From the IMG/VR virus record IMGVR_UViG_3300014169_000008, positions 1 through 55,297 of that record: 55,297 nt of DNA; one strand, written 5' to 3'. Of this stretch, positions 1 through 8,689 are shown piece by piece. The DNA is from a virus. Its lineage: Duplodnaviria; Caudoviricetes. The position numbers and the translations under genes were made by a program. Below the pieces are notes generated by a model, which did no database searches, was not told the DNA's origin, and worked only from the letters and a program-made list of their open reading frames with translations. Within the stretch, counting starts at the first letter, position 1. Each line of letters begins with the position of its first letter.

Positions 1-268
1 CATCAAGCTCAAGAAGCTCGGTCCTGAACAGATCGAGCGGCCGGAGATCGTTTCCCTCGACACCAAGCTTAAATTCAACCGCTTTACGGCCGAAGAAATG
101 TTCAAGCGCGCCAAGTTCGACGATAGCGATTTTGATGAGCACGGCTATGTCACCATCACCGAGATCCTGCGCGTGGCGAAACCCGGTGAGCCCGCCGCCT
201 TCCATCACATCCCGACGGGCTTGAAATTCTGCGTCGATCACTACGAATGCGACGGGGTGATCCTGTGA
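1..268 (+). CDS. Hypothetical protein, 3' fragment (5' end outside window)
   Basis: Open frame from nt 2 (IKLKKLGPEQIERPEIVSLD...HYECDGVIL*) to TGA 266-268, overlapping the GTG start of the next gene. Confidence 0.6.
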   Translation, partial: IKLKKLGPEQIERPEIVSLDTKLKFNRFTAEEMFKRAKFDDSDFDEHGYVTITEILRVAKPGEPAAFHHIPTGLKFCVDHYECDGVIL

Positions 269-447
269 GTGAAGACAAAGCTACCAAAGAACGTCTCGAC
301 TATCTCACCAAGCGCGAAGTGAAGCTGACGCGCGAAGTTGCTGCTCTTAAAACCCGCCAAGACACGACGGAACGAAGGCTCGAAAAAGCTATCTCCGCTC
401 TTAAACGCGGCCTCCCTCACATGAACCTGGGGAACGAAATTGATTAA
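265..447 (+). CDS. Small coiled-coil hypothetical protein
   Basis: GTGA start/stop overlap with the upstream gene; MSEDKATKERLDYLTKREVKLTREVAALK. Confidence 0.55.
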   Translation: MSEDKATKERLDYLTKREVKLTREVAALKTRQDTTERRLEKAISALKRGLPHMNLGNEID

Positions 448-575
448 AAAATCTCCAAAAAAGTTAACACTCGAAGCTATAGCGGGGTCTTTTCGAAAAG
501 CTATCCGGATGTCGCAAGTCACGCGCCGAGTTATTGTGCGCAGAACAAAACCTCTATGTCTAAGGGAAAACGATA

Positions 576-818
576 ATGGCTGACCATCTCGCCCTTCTCG
601 AAAATAAACTCGACGAGCGTTATCTGACGCAGCTCGAATTTATTGCCGATGCGGGGCGGGTCACGAGCTGGGACGATTACAATTTTCGCGCCGGCTATCT
701 CAAAGCCATACGCGATGTCGGCGTGATGATTAAAGAAGTTCGCGCGCCGGAGAGCGTGCCGAGCGAAGGAATTCCAGATGTTTTAACTCAACAAGAAGCG
801 GAGTTCATAGATGGTTAG
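576..818 (+). CDS. Hypothetical phage protein upstream of GroES
   Basis: 80-aa ORF with purine-rich SD; overlaps next gene. Confidence 0.65.
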   Translation: MADHLALLENKLDERYLTQLEFIADAGRVTSWDDYNFRAGYLKAIRDVGVMIKEVRAPESVPSEGIPDVLTQQEAEFIDG

Positions 819-1230
819 CACGGTCGGTACAACAAAAAGTTTTCATTTTATGGATCACTCCGATGAGGATCCCGCCGATACCGTGCGTAAGGCCGTGGGG
901 GATGTTGAGAAAATAGAAATCACCGGCGTGCAGATCCTCGTCGGTACTTACCTCCGCCCGGTGAAAACCAAAGGCGGCATCCTGCTCACCGAAAAAATCC
1001 GCGACGAAGATATCTACCAGGGCAAGGTCGGCCTCGTTTTGAAAGTCGCCGAAGGCGCTTTCGTCGACGGGCCCGACGCGAAATTCAACGGCTTTACCGT
1101 CAAACCCGGCGATTGGGTTTTCTATCGCGTCTCGGACGGCTTTTCGATGAGCCTTAACGGTCATCATTGCCGGTTGGTCGAGGACGTTCACATTCGGGGC
1201 CGCGTGCCTTCTCCCGATGTTGTTTTGTGA
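811..1230 (+). CDS. groES: GroES/Cpn10-like co-chaperonin
   Basis: Mobile-loop motif KTKGGILL, VGLVLKVAEG, VKPGDWVFY and C-terminal LVEDVHIRG match the Cpn10 pattern. Confidence 0.85.
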   Translation: MVSTVGTTKSFHFMDHSDEDPADTVRKAVGDVEKIEITGVQILVGTYLRPVKTKGGILLTEKIRDEDIYQGKVGLVLKVAEGAFVDGPDAKFNGFTVKPGDWVFYRVSDGFSMSLNGHHCRLVEDVHIRGRVPSPDVVL

Positions 1231-1401
1231 GGACTAGGTGAATGGGAAGCAAAGTATGGCTCTCGGAGAAGAACCGCCCAAGAAAGTTTGGGTCGTTCAA
1301 AAACTTCCCATCAAGGGCGGTAACGTGCTGCGCTCCGCGATCCTGCAATCGGAATGTTTTCGTATCCCGGATTGGGTTCATGTCGAGGGGTTAGTGAAGT
1401 C

Positions 1402-1668
1402 ATGAAGGACGAATACTATAACATCCCCGCGCGCAAAGGGTCGAAGATAGCCGAGCTGTTAGATTTTATTTTACGTGCCGACAATGCGAAGACAATCCGG
1501 GGCATCTGCCTCGTCGTGCAACGTTACGATGGCGGACATGGAGCTTTCGGCGCTAATCATGCCGGGCAGTTCAACATGGAAGCCCTACTGAAAGAGATGA
1601 ATATCGTCAGCAAAGGAAAACCGGAAGTGCTTAGTTTTCATAAACCGACAGTGGAGATCAAAGCATGA
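1402..1668 (+). CDS. Hypothetical protein
   Basis: ORF track, start refined to ATG 1402; ATGA coupling with next gene. Confidence 0.55.
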   Translation: MKDEYYNIPARKGSKIAELLDFILRADNAKTIRGICLVVQRYDGGHGAFGANHAGQFNMEALLKEMNIVSKGKPEVLSFHKPTVEIKA

Positions 1669-2453
1669 CGTCGCTTCTCGAAGCAGCCGCCGAAGCCGGC
1701 CAACCGCTTGGTACTTTACCGTCGAAAAAACCAAACGTCCTGATCTGCACGCCGTGTCATTCCGGCAAGGTCGATCTCAACTATCACGTCTCGATGATGC
1801 TGGCGGCAGCAGATCTCTCGCGTTACGGCGTCGAATTTGCGCTCGACTATAAGATCGGCATGTCGGTCGATTGGGCGCGCAGCCAGATGGCGACGGCATT
1901 TCTAAAGATGCCTTGCACGCATTTGCTTTTCATCGACGACGATATTGCCTTCGCTCCCGATCTTCCGCGGCGCCTCCTCATGGAAAACGTCGATGTGGTG
2001 GCGGTTCCATATCGCCGCAAGCAGCGCGAAGTTCTTTACAATATCCGCCACGGCGTGCGCGTGAAGACCTGGCCCGATCGGCCGTACATGGTCGGTGTGG
2101 ACTCAATCGCGACCGGCATGATGCTGATCCGGAAAAACGTATTCGAGAAGCTGGCGCCGACGACGCCGGAATTCCTCTACGATAACGGCGGCGAGAAGGG
2201 AAAATTATTCTTCCGCCACCAGCTGGTCGACGACGAAATGGTCGGCGGCGTATCGTATATGGGTGAGGATTATTGGTTCTGCAAAACCGTGCGCGAAGCC
2301 GGGTTCGATATCTGGGCTTACGTCGACGAAGAAGTCGGCCATATCGGGCAATACGCTTTCGACGGCGCCTATAGCGACCATGCCGCGGCCGGCATGAAAG
2401 AGAAATACACAAACGATCGACCCCGTGAAAAAGCAAGGATAATGCTGCGATGA
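1665..2453 (+). CDS. GT-A fold glycosyltransferase-like protein
   Basis: NVLICTPC start strand, HLLFIDDDIAF (DxD motif), ATGMMLIRKNVFEKL, GEDYWFC, VGHIG. Confidence 0.8.
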   Translation: MTSLLEAAAEAGQPLGTLPSKKPNVLICTPCHSGKVDLNYHVSMMLAAADLSRYGVEFALDYKIGMSVDWARSQMATAFLKMPCTHLLFIDDDIAFAPDLPRRLLMENVDVVAVPYRRKQREVLYNIRHGVRVKTWPDRPYMVGVDSIATGMMLIRKNVFEKLAPTTPEFLYDNGGEKGKLFFRHQLVDDEMVGGVSYMGEDYWFCKTVREAGFDIWAYVDEEVGHIGQYAFDGAYSDHAAAGMKEKYTNDRPREKARIMLR

Positions 2454-2677
2454 ACCTCGACGACTGGTTAAGCCAACTCTACAAAATGGACAACCGCGCA
2501 CAGCTTGCGCAGTACATGCCCGACTTCAAAGCCGCGCTCGCGGCCAGCCCGGATCTGATGGCCGCGGCGCAAGCGCGCCTGGTGGAATTGGATGCGCTGA
2601 TTAAAAAACGCAGCGAGCGCGCGTGCGCGTATTCGACGAAATACTGGAAGTACCTGACGGAGGCATTGGCGTCATGA
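2450..2677 (+). CDS. Hypothetical protein
   Basis: ATGA-coupled on both sides. Confidence 0.55.
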   Translation: MNLDDWLSQLYKMDNRAQLAQYMPDFKAALAASPDLMAAAQARLVELDALIKKRSERACAYSTKYWKYLTEALAS

Positions 2678-2880
2678 GAGCTGTGAAAGCAAAACGTCTC
2701 CGCCGGCGCGCGCGGGAACTTTCCGTTGGAATGCCTGAGCGTCAGCTGCTCGGCAAAGAACACAAACGCTTTTACGATCGCGGCAAGGTTCGCCAGCACT
2801 ACATCTTCCTCGAAGTGTTCAACGACCCGAAATCCACCCGCGGCATTTACCGTGCTTTGAAAAAAGGAACTGCGGCATGA
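2674..2880 (+). CDS. Small basic hypothetical protein
   Basis: ATGA-coupled; MRAVKAKRLRRRAR. Confidence 0.55.
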   Translation: MRAVKAKRLRRRARELSVGMPERQLLGKEHKRFYDRGKVRQHYIFLEVFNDPKSTRGIYRALKKGTAA

Positions 2881-3932
2881 AAATTCTTTTCATCTGTCTC
2901 TCGACTTTAAAATTCGATGTCGAAACGCCGACTAAGGAACCCCTCGGCGGGACGGAAAGCGCGGTTGCATATCTCTCGGTCGAGCTGGCGAAGCTCGGCC
3001 ACGAAGTCGTTCTGATGTGCAATTCGGAAGAGAAGATCCTGCAAGGCGTGAAGCACCGGCCGGTCGATGAAAATCTCGACGCTATCGACCCCGACGTGGT
3101 TATCGTTACCTCCGCCCCGCAAGCCATACCCGCGATACAGGCCAAGGCGCCGCGCGCGAAGGTTATTCTCTGGAACCACATGAACCCGGATCAGCCGGCG
3201 ATGCAGCCACTTTTCGATGAGAAGATCCGCGCCGGCATCAAGCACATCGTGTATGTGTCCGAGAACCAGAAACAGACTTTCAAAGGCATTCCAGGCGACG
3301 TTATCAACAACGCGATCGCGCCGGTGTTCGAGAATATGTTCACGTCGGCCGAGGAAATCTTTGAAGCGAAGCAATGCCGCGGCGTTTATACCAGCACGCC
3401 CTATCGTGGCCTGGCGGTTCTTTTAAAAATCCAGGAAATGGAGATCGATGTCTTCTCATCCATGAAAGTTTATCAGGGCAACGATGAACAGTTCCAGCCG
3501 ATGTACGAAAAATTAAAAGAAAACGACTGCATCATCATGAAAGGTTCTGTATCGCAGACCGAACTCGCGAAAAGCATGCGCGAGATTGCCTTCCTGGTGT
3601 ACCCGTCGATCTTCCTCGAGTGCCATTCGATCGCAATCCTTGAAGCGATGGCTGCGGGGCTGAAAGTTGTGACGACCGATCTCGCGTCGCCGCAGACTGA
3701 ATTCATCGATAGCATGCCGAACGGCGGAAGTGTCGACGATTATGCGAAAATGCTCCGCAAGAACATAAATTTTTTCCGTTCGCGCAAAAAAGAGTGGTCG
3801 GAGAAGATGTGGCAGCAGGTTCAATACGTTAATCGCGAGTTCACCTGGGCGAAACGCGCCAAGGAATGGTCCGATTATCTCGGCAAAATCGTGGCTGGCG
3901 TTGACGATCAGCCCAAAGATACCCAAGTCTAA
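2877..3932 (+). CDS. GT-B fold glycosyltransferase (GT4/Glycos_transf_1-like)
   Basis: LGGTESAVAYLSVELAKLGHEV N-terminal motif, YTSTPYRGL, and YPSIFLECHSIAILEAMAAGLKVVTT (ExxxxxxxE motif). Confidence 0.88.
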   Translation: MKILFICLSTLKFDVETPTKEPLGGTESAVAYLSVELAKLGHEVVLMCNSEEKILQGVKHRPVDENLDAIDPDVVIVTSAPQAIPAIQAKAPRAKVILWNHMNPDQPAMQPLFDEKIRAGIKHIVYVSENQKQTFKGIPGDVINNAIAPVFENMFTSAEEIFEAKQCRGVYTSTPYRGLAVLLKIQEMEIDVFSSMKVYQGNDEQFQPMYEKLKENDCIIMKGSVSQTELAKSMREIAFLVYPSIFLECHSIAILEAMAAGLKVVTTDLASPQTEFIDSMPNGGSVDDYAKMLRKNINFFRSRKKEWSEKMWQQVQYVNREFTWAKRAKEWSDYLGKIVAGVDDQPKDTQV

Positions 3933-3955
3933 TCCACCACAACCCGGAGTTTATC

Positions 3956-4915
3956 ATGGCACGCACACCGCAGCAGATCGAAGAAGAGGACAAGAAAAAA
4001 GCCAACCTGGGGGTGGACGATGAGCTTGAGGAAATCGAAATCGATACCCTTGGCGAAGGTAAAGAAGGCACAGTCGTCGGCGAAGTCGAACCGACCGCCG
4101 AAGAAGTCGCCGCCGATCTCAAAAAGCAGCTCGACGAAAGCAACGCCAAGCTCGCAAAAGAGCGCGGAGCCCGCGAAGCCGCTGAGACCCGCGCGAACAA
4201 ATCCACCGGCGACGCTAACAACTCGCGTCAAGCCCAGATCGCCGCTCAAGAGCAAGGTATCAAGGATCGTGTGGGCGCAGCCACCACGAAACTGGAAAGC
4301 ATCAAGCAGCAGTTAAAACAAGCCAAGGCCAATCAGGACAACGATGCCGAGGTCGAGCTGTCGGATGCAATGGCGGAAGCCCGGTTCGAGCTCAATTCCG
4401 CAAAATGGGAAGAGGGTCAGTTTTCAAAGTGGAAGGAAGGACAGAAAAATGTCCGTCCGGCCGCCGCGGAACAGAACACATCGCCCTACACACCGGCCGA
4501 ACAGGAGTGGATCGATGACCATCCTGAATTTTACACTGACAAAAAGTTCGCTCGCCTGACGAAAGTGCTGGCGGCAGAGGCTTTGGAAGAAGGTCACAAG
4601 CAAGATAGCCGTGCATTCTTCACGTATGTCGAGCAAGGTTTGCGTGATGAAGGGTTCCTGACCAAGGAACCGACGTCAGGTGCCGGCGATGCGCCCGCGC
4701 GTAAGACAACAACTTCCACCGGCGCACCGCCGAACCGCACTGGCAACGGATCCGCTCCGATTGTCCGCACAAACGCGAAGTATCCGTTCATTCCGAAGGG
4801 ATTTCGCATCCCGGCGGATTGGGTTCAGTCTGCAACCGATCAAGGTTTCGACGATCCGCTCGAATACGCCAACATGCGGCTCGAAGACGAAGCGAAATCG
4901 AAGGGTGTGCAATGA
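3956..4915 (+). CDS. Probable capsid scaffolding protein
   Basis: Acidic N-terminus, long coiled coil, WIDDHPEF motif, position upstream of the capsid genes. Confidence 0.7.
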   Translation: MARTPQQIEEEDKKKANLGVDDELEEIEIDTLGEGKEGTVVGEVEPTAEEVAADLKKQLDESNAKLAKERGAREAAETRANKSTGDANNSRQAQIAAQEQGIKDRVGAATTKLESIKQQLKQAKANQDNDAEVELSDAMAEARFELNSAKWEEGQFSKWKEGQKNVRPAAAEQNTSPYTPAEQEWIDDHPEFYTDKKFARLTKVLAAEALEEGHKQDSRAFFTYVEQGLRDEGFLTKEPTSGAGDAPARKTTTSTGAPPNRTGNGSAPIVRTNAKYPFIPKGFRIPADWVQSATDQGFDDPLEYANMRLEDEAKSKGVQ

Positions 4916-5265
4916 TGGACATCGAAAAAATCGCCAAAGTTTGTCACGAAACGAACCGCGCTTATTGCGCGGGGCTTGGCGATACGTCACATAAGCCATG
5001 GGAAGAGACATCCTGGGCTATCAAACAATCCGCCATCGCTGGCGTAGCGTTTGTTCAGGAAAATCCCGACGCTTCTTTGGGTTTCGTCCATGAAAATTGG
5101 CGCAAGCACAAGCAAATCGAGGGCTGGGTGTACGGTGAAGAGAAATCAGAAGAAAAGCGCACCCACCCATGTATGCGGCCTTACGAAGAACTCGCCCCCG
5201 AGCAGCGCGTGAAGGACAAATTGTTTAGAGCGATCGCTCTTTCCCTACTCGACAACGCAGTTTAA
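4912..5265 (+). CDS. RyR (ryanodine receptor repeat) domain protein
   Basis: HENWRKHKQIEGWVYGEEKSEEKRTHPCMRPYEELAPEQRVKD fits HxxW...GWxYG...HPxxxPYxxLxxxxxxKD; ATGA-coupled to the scaffold gene. Confidence 0.85.
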   Translation: MMDIEKIAKVCHETNRAYCAGLGDTSHKPWEETSWAIKQSAIAGVAFVQENPDASLGFVHENWRKHKQIEGWVYGEEKSEEKRTHPCMRPYEELAPEQRVKDKLFRAIALSLLDNAV

Positions 5266-5280
5266 CCCCAGGAGAGAAAA

Positions 5281-5823
5281 ATGTCTGAACCGGATGAAGA
5301 TTTGATCGATGACGCTCCCCGCGTTGCAAAACGCATGCGTCCAAAGCACGCTCCCGCGGCCCTGCGCTCCGAAAGTCCGCGCACCGACAAGGTTCGGCGC
5401 CGTAAACGCGGCTCGAAGAGCGAAGATAAGTTCCATATCCCCGAGGATCTGAAAGCCGAGCTCGAAGCGCGCGGTTTATCGGCCGAATTCAAGCGTATTA
5501 CCTACGCCGGCAAGGAGGAAGACCCCGATTATTTCATTGGCCTGGCGGAAAATGGCTGGGAACCACTCAGCCTCAAGTCGTTTCCTGAGTTTAAGAAGCT
5601 CATGCCTTCGACGCACACCGCCGATACGTTCGACAAGAGCGGTCAGCGTTTGATGATCCGCCCGAAAGAGCTGACGGACGAAGCGCGCGCCGAGGACAAG
5701 GAAGAAGCGATGGGCCAGGTGAAAGGCCAGCTGCAATCGCTGAAAGAAGCCGGCCAGGGCGAAGCAGATCGCACGCTCGTGAAGGTCAAACGCAGCTATG
5801 AACGCGGGGTTCCAATCGACTAA
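5281..5823 (+). CDS. Conserved head-module hypothetical protein
   Basis: SD AGGAG; ENGWEPL and LMIRPKE motifs resemble genes preceding capsids in this phage type. Confidence 0.65.
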   Translation: MSEPDEDLIDDAPRVAKRMRPKHAPAALRSESPRTDKVRRRKRGSKSEDKFHIPEDLKAELEARGLSAEFKRITYAGKEEDPDYFIGLAENGWEPLSLKSFPEFKKLMPSTHTADTFDKSGQRLMIRPKELTDEARAEDKEEAMGQVKGQLQSLKEAGQGEADRTLVKVKRSYERGVPID

Positions 5824-6470
5824 TGCCAATAGCTATGACGCAAAAGCACCCTGTTGGTTCGATCTGGGCGGCTAAGACCGGTGAGAAGGTTATCGTTATC
5901 GCGTTTGACCCTCTCACCGACGCCTTGATCGTCTACGATTACGTGCGGAAACAAGAATTTCCAGTTACACGTCACGCGATCGACGATGACAGTTTTTTTG
6001 ATCGCCCGTGGAATGAGCGCGAAGCATACGAAAAGGGCGTTTTAGAAGGGGCGAAGGGGTATTTAACCCCGCAACTCCACCAGGCATTCATGGAAAACGC
6101 TCGGAATGAAGACGGCCCTCCTTACGCGGTTTTCCGCGTGCCGATCCCTGATAGCGAAGACATTATGGCCTACGCTTACGGCGAATATATCGTGGGGGCT
6201 AATCTAAAAATCATCACGCCTCTGGCTCTCAACGAAGCTGTGAGAGACTTTTGTACGATGGTCCGCGGCGATATGGCGGTCAACAATGTCGATCGTATTG
6301 TTTGGCGCACGCAACCGGAAATGGACATCTTTCACAATGAGATAACTGGTGAACGAAAAATGAAAATCTATGCGCGCTTCGTCGCGTTCTCTCGTGGATA
6401 TGAAATCAAATTCCAAAATTTTTATGGCGCACGCGTCGAAGGGCTTGACGTGCGAATGATAAACAGGTAG
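5823..6470 (+). CDS. Hypothetical protein
   Basis: 215-aa ORF with TAATG coupling. Confidence 0.65.
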   Translation: MPIAMTQKHPVGSIWAAKTGEKVIVIAFDPLTDALIVYDYVRKQEFPVTRHAIDDDSFFDRPWNEREAYEKGVLEGAKGYLTPQLHQAFMENARNEDGPPYAVFRVPIPDSEDIMAYAYGEYIVGANLKIITPLALNEAVRDFCTMVRGDMAVNNVDRIVWRTQPEMDIFHNEITGERKMKIYARFVAFSRGYEIKFQNFYGARVEGLDVRMINR

Positions 6471-6473
6471 GAT
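6445..6473 (+). promoter_or_regulatory. Sigma70-like promoter upstream of the capsid genes
   Basis: TTGACG (6445-6450), 17-nt spacer, TAGGAT (6468-6473). Confidence 0.6.
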
Positions 6474-6581
6474 GCGTTTAATTGATCGAGCCCGCGCTGG
6501 GAACAACTCGGTAAATTAAGCACCCCCGCAAAAGATTGAAGGCGCGCTGCCAGAAATCTCCGCAACAACGGAGTTTTGGCA

Positions 6582-7163
6582 ATGAGCAACACGCAAGCGC
6601 CATTCGGCTTTCAAGCCACCCGCCGCATTGACGGCGCCATGCCCAATTACGCAATGATGCCAGCGCGCTTAGTCGCGAAGGCCGCTACTTTCGTAGCCGG
6701 CGCCGGCGACGTCATGCAATCTCTTTCCACGGGCTATATCAGTTTGGCCTCTTCGACGGCCAACATCGCCCAGGGCATTTTCCAAAGCTGCCAGTATTAC
6801 GACACCACGCGCCAACAGTGGGTGTTCGACACGTATCTCCCCGGCACACAAACGCCGAGCGATGATTTTGTCGCCTTCACGATTTCGGATGTGAAACAGG
6901 TGTTCGAAGTTCAATCGAACGGCGCTGCGATCACGACTCCGCAGGTCCAGCTCAACGCAACCTTCACCGGCAACGGTGCCCCGAATACCTACAGCCACAT
7001 TTCCACGGCTGCTTTGGATCCGGCCACCGTCTCCACCAACAGCGCGTTCCAATTCACGATCGTCGGGTTGGGTCAAAAAATCGGGAATGACAATACCGCG
7101 TCCTTCAATACGGTTGAAGTCATTCTCAACAACGCCGACTTCAACAACCGCACCGGCGTATAA
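6582..7163 (+). CDS. Probable capsid-associated/decoration protein
   Basis: MSNTQAPFGFQATR start, beta-rich composition, immediately upstream of the major capsid gene; SD GGAG at 6570-6573. Confidence 0.65.
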   Translation: MSNTQAPFGFQATRRIDGAMPNYAMMPARLVAKAATFVAGAGDVMQSLSTGYISLASSTANIAQGIFQSCQYYDTTRQQWVFDTYLPGTQTPSDDFVAFTISDVKQVFEVQSNGAAITTPQVQLNATFTGNGAPNTYSHISTAALDPATVSTNSAFQFTIVGLGQKIGNDNTASFNTVEVILNNADFNNRTGV

Positions 7164-7178
7164 CGGGGGAGATAACAG

Positions 7179-8093
7179 ATGCCTATTTCACTTGGCGCAA
7201 TTCGTAACGAGCTCCTGCCCGGACTCCGCAAGATCACAGGTAAATATCCTGAGATCGACACGCAATGGACGAAGTATTACCTGCAAAAAGGTAAGTCCAA
7301 GATGGCCGTTGAGCGTACCAGCTCGATGCGCTTCCTCGGGCTCGCAGAGCTCAAGAATGAAGGCGCGCCAACCGCGTTTGATAACCAAGCCGGCGATCGC
7401 TTCATCTACAATCAGATCCACAATGAAATCGCCCTTGGCTATGCGATCACCCGCAAAGCCATCGACGACAATCTTTACAAGCAACAGTTCCAGCCTTCCA
7501 ACCTCGGCCTCCAGCGCTCGTTCAATCAGACCAAGGAAATCTTGGCTGCGAACGTCCTGAACACGGCGACGACTTTCAACACGTCGATCGCTGGTGACGG
7601 TGTGGCACTTTGCTCCACGGCTCACCCGGTTGATGGTGGTACCTTTGCAAACCGTCCGTCGACAGACGTTGATTTGAACGAAGCTGCGATTTACTCCGGC
7701 CTCATCCAGATCCGTCAGTTCCTTGACAACGCCGGCTTGAAGTACCTGTCACGCGGCCGTAAATTGCTGGTTCCGATCCAGCTCGAATACGTCGCCGCAC
7801 GCTTGACCAAGACCGAATTGCGTCCTGGCACGGCCGACAACGATGTCAATGCGCTGCTCGTCACCAACGGTCTGCGCGAAGGCTACGAAGTTCTGGACTT
7901 CCTGACCTCTTCTTTCGCATGGTTCATGCTGACCACAGCTGATGAAGGTCTTCTGTACCTGGAACGCGTTGCCTACGAAACCGACATGCAAGTCGATTTC
8001 GTGACCGATAACTTGCTCGTGAAGGGTTACGAGCGTTACAGCTTCGGTTACGACGGCCCACGCGGTATCTGGGGTTCATTTCCTACCTCTTAG
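7179..8093 (+). CDS. Major capsid protein (HK97 fold, Mu gpT-like family)
   Basis: Strong SD GGGGAG, biased codons, ALGYAITRKAIDDNLY, GDGVALCSTAHP, ERYSFGYDGPRGIWGS. Confidence 0.85.
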   Translation: MPISLGAIRNELLPGLRKITGKYPEIDTQWTKYYLQKGKSKMAVERTSSMRFLGLAELKNEGAPTAFDNQAGDRFIYNQIHNEIALGYAITRKAIDDNLYKQQFQPSNLGLQRSFNQTKEILAANVLNTATTFNTSIAGDGVALCSTAHPVDGGTFANRPSTDVDLNEAAIYSGLIQIRQFLDNAGLKYLSRGRKLLVPIQLEYVAARLTKTELRPGTADNDVNALLVTNGLREGYEVLDFLTSSFAWFMLTTADEGLLYLERVAYETDMQVDFVTDNLLVKGYERYSFGYDGPRGIWGSFPTS

Positions 8094-8102
8094 ACGTGGT
8101 AA

Positions 8103-8157
8103 TTGACGAGGTAAGAAAAGCAGGGTAGAGTATAAGCTTCTGTAATAACGGAGGCTT
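8103..8157 (+). promoter_or_regulatory. Promoter plus SD-sequestering hairpin of the HNH gene
   Basis: TTGACG-N17-TAGAGT (8103-8131); AAGCTTCTGT/ACGGAGGCTT 10-bp stem (8134-8157) buries GGAGG before ATG 8160. Confidence 0.55.
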
Positions 8158-8159
8158 CT

Positions 8160-8675
8160 ATGAAAACCCTAAACGACTTGACAGTCGAAGAAGTGACGGG
8201 ACTTTTAGACTACGACCATAAGACAGGTGTTTTTCGGTGGATCAATCGCGCAGGGCGCGGAGGTAGAATACCAGCGGGGACGCAAGCCGGGAGCGTAACG
8301 AATAAGGAAGGCTATCGATACATTTGGATCAATGGTCGTCTTTACAGAGCATGCAGGTTAGCTTTCTTAATTATGACGGGAAGTTGGCCTAAACACCAAG
8401 TCGACCATATCAATCGGGATACGGGAGACGACAGGTGGGAGAATTTACGGGAAGCAAAGCAGTCGCAGAATAAGGCCAACAGCAAGAGGTATAGGAATAA
8501 TAGTACTGGCCTTAAAGGTGTGACTTGGGAAGCTGAACGAGAACTGTTTACGGTGCGCATTCGTGAAAATGGTGTGTATCGGCGTTTAGGTAGGTTTGAG
8601 ACCGTCGAAGAGGCGCACGAAGCTTATAAGAAAGCAGCAAAGCGGATTTACGGCGAGTTTGCAAACTCTGGATAA
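8160..8675 (+). CDS. HNH homing endonuclease with C-terminal AP2-like domain
   Basis: VDHINRDTGDDRWENLREA (HNH_3-like); NNSTGLKGVTW...LGRFETVEEAHEAY (AP2). Confidence 0.9.
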   Translation: MKTLNDLTVEEVTGLLDYDHKTGVFRWINRAGRGGRIPAGTQAGSVTNKEGYRYIWINGRLYRACRLAFLIMTGSWPKHQVDHINRDTGDDRWENLREAKQSQNKANSKRYRNNSTGLKGVTWEAERELFTVRIRENGVYRRLGRFETVEEAHEAYKKAAKRIYGEFANSG

Positions 8676-8689
8676 GAAGGAAAAGACAC

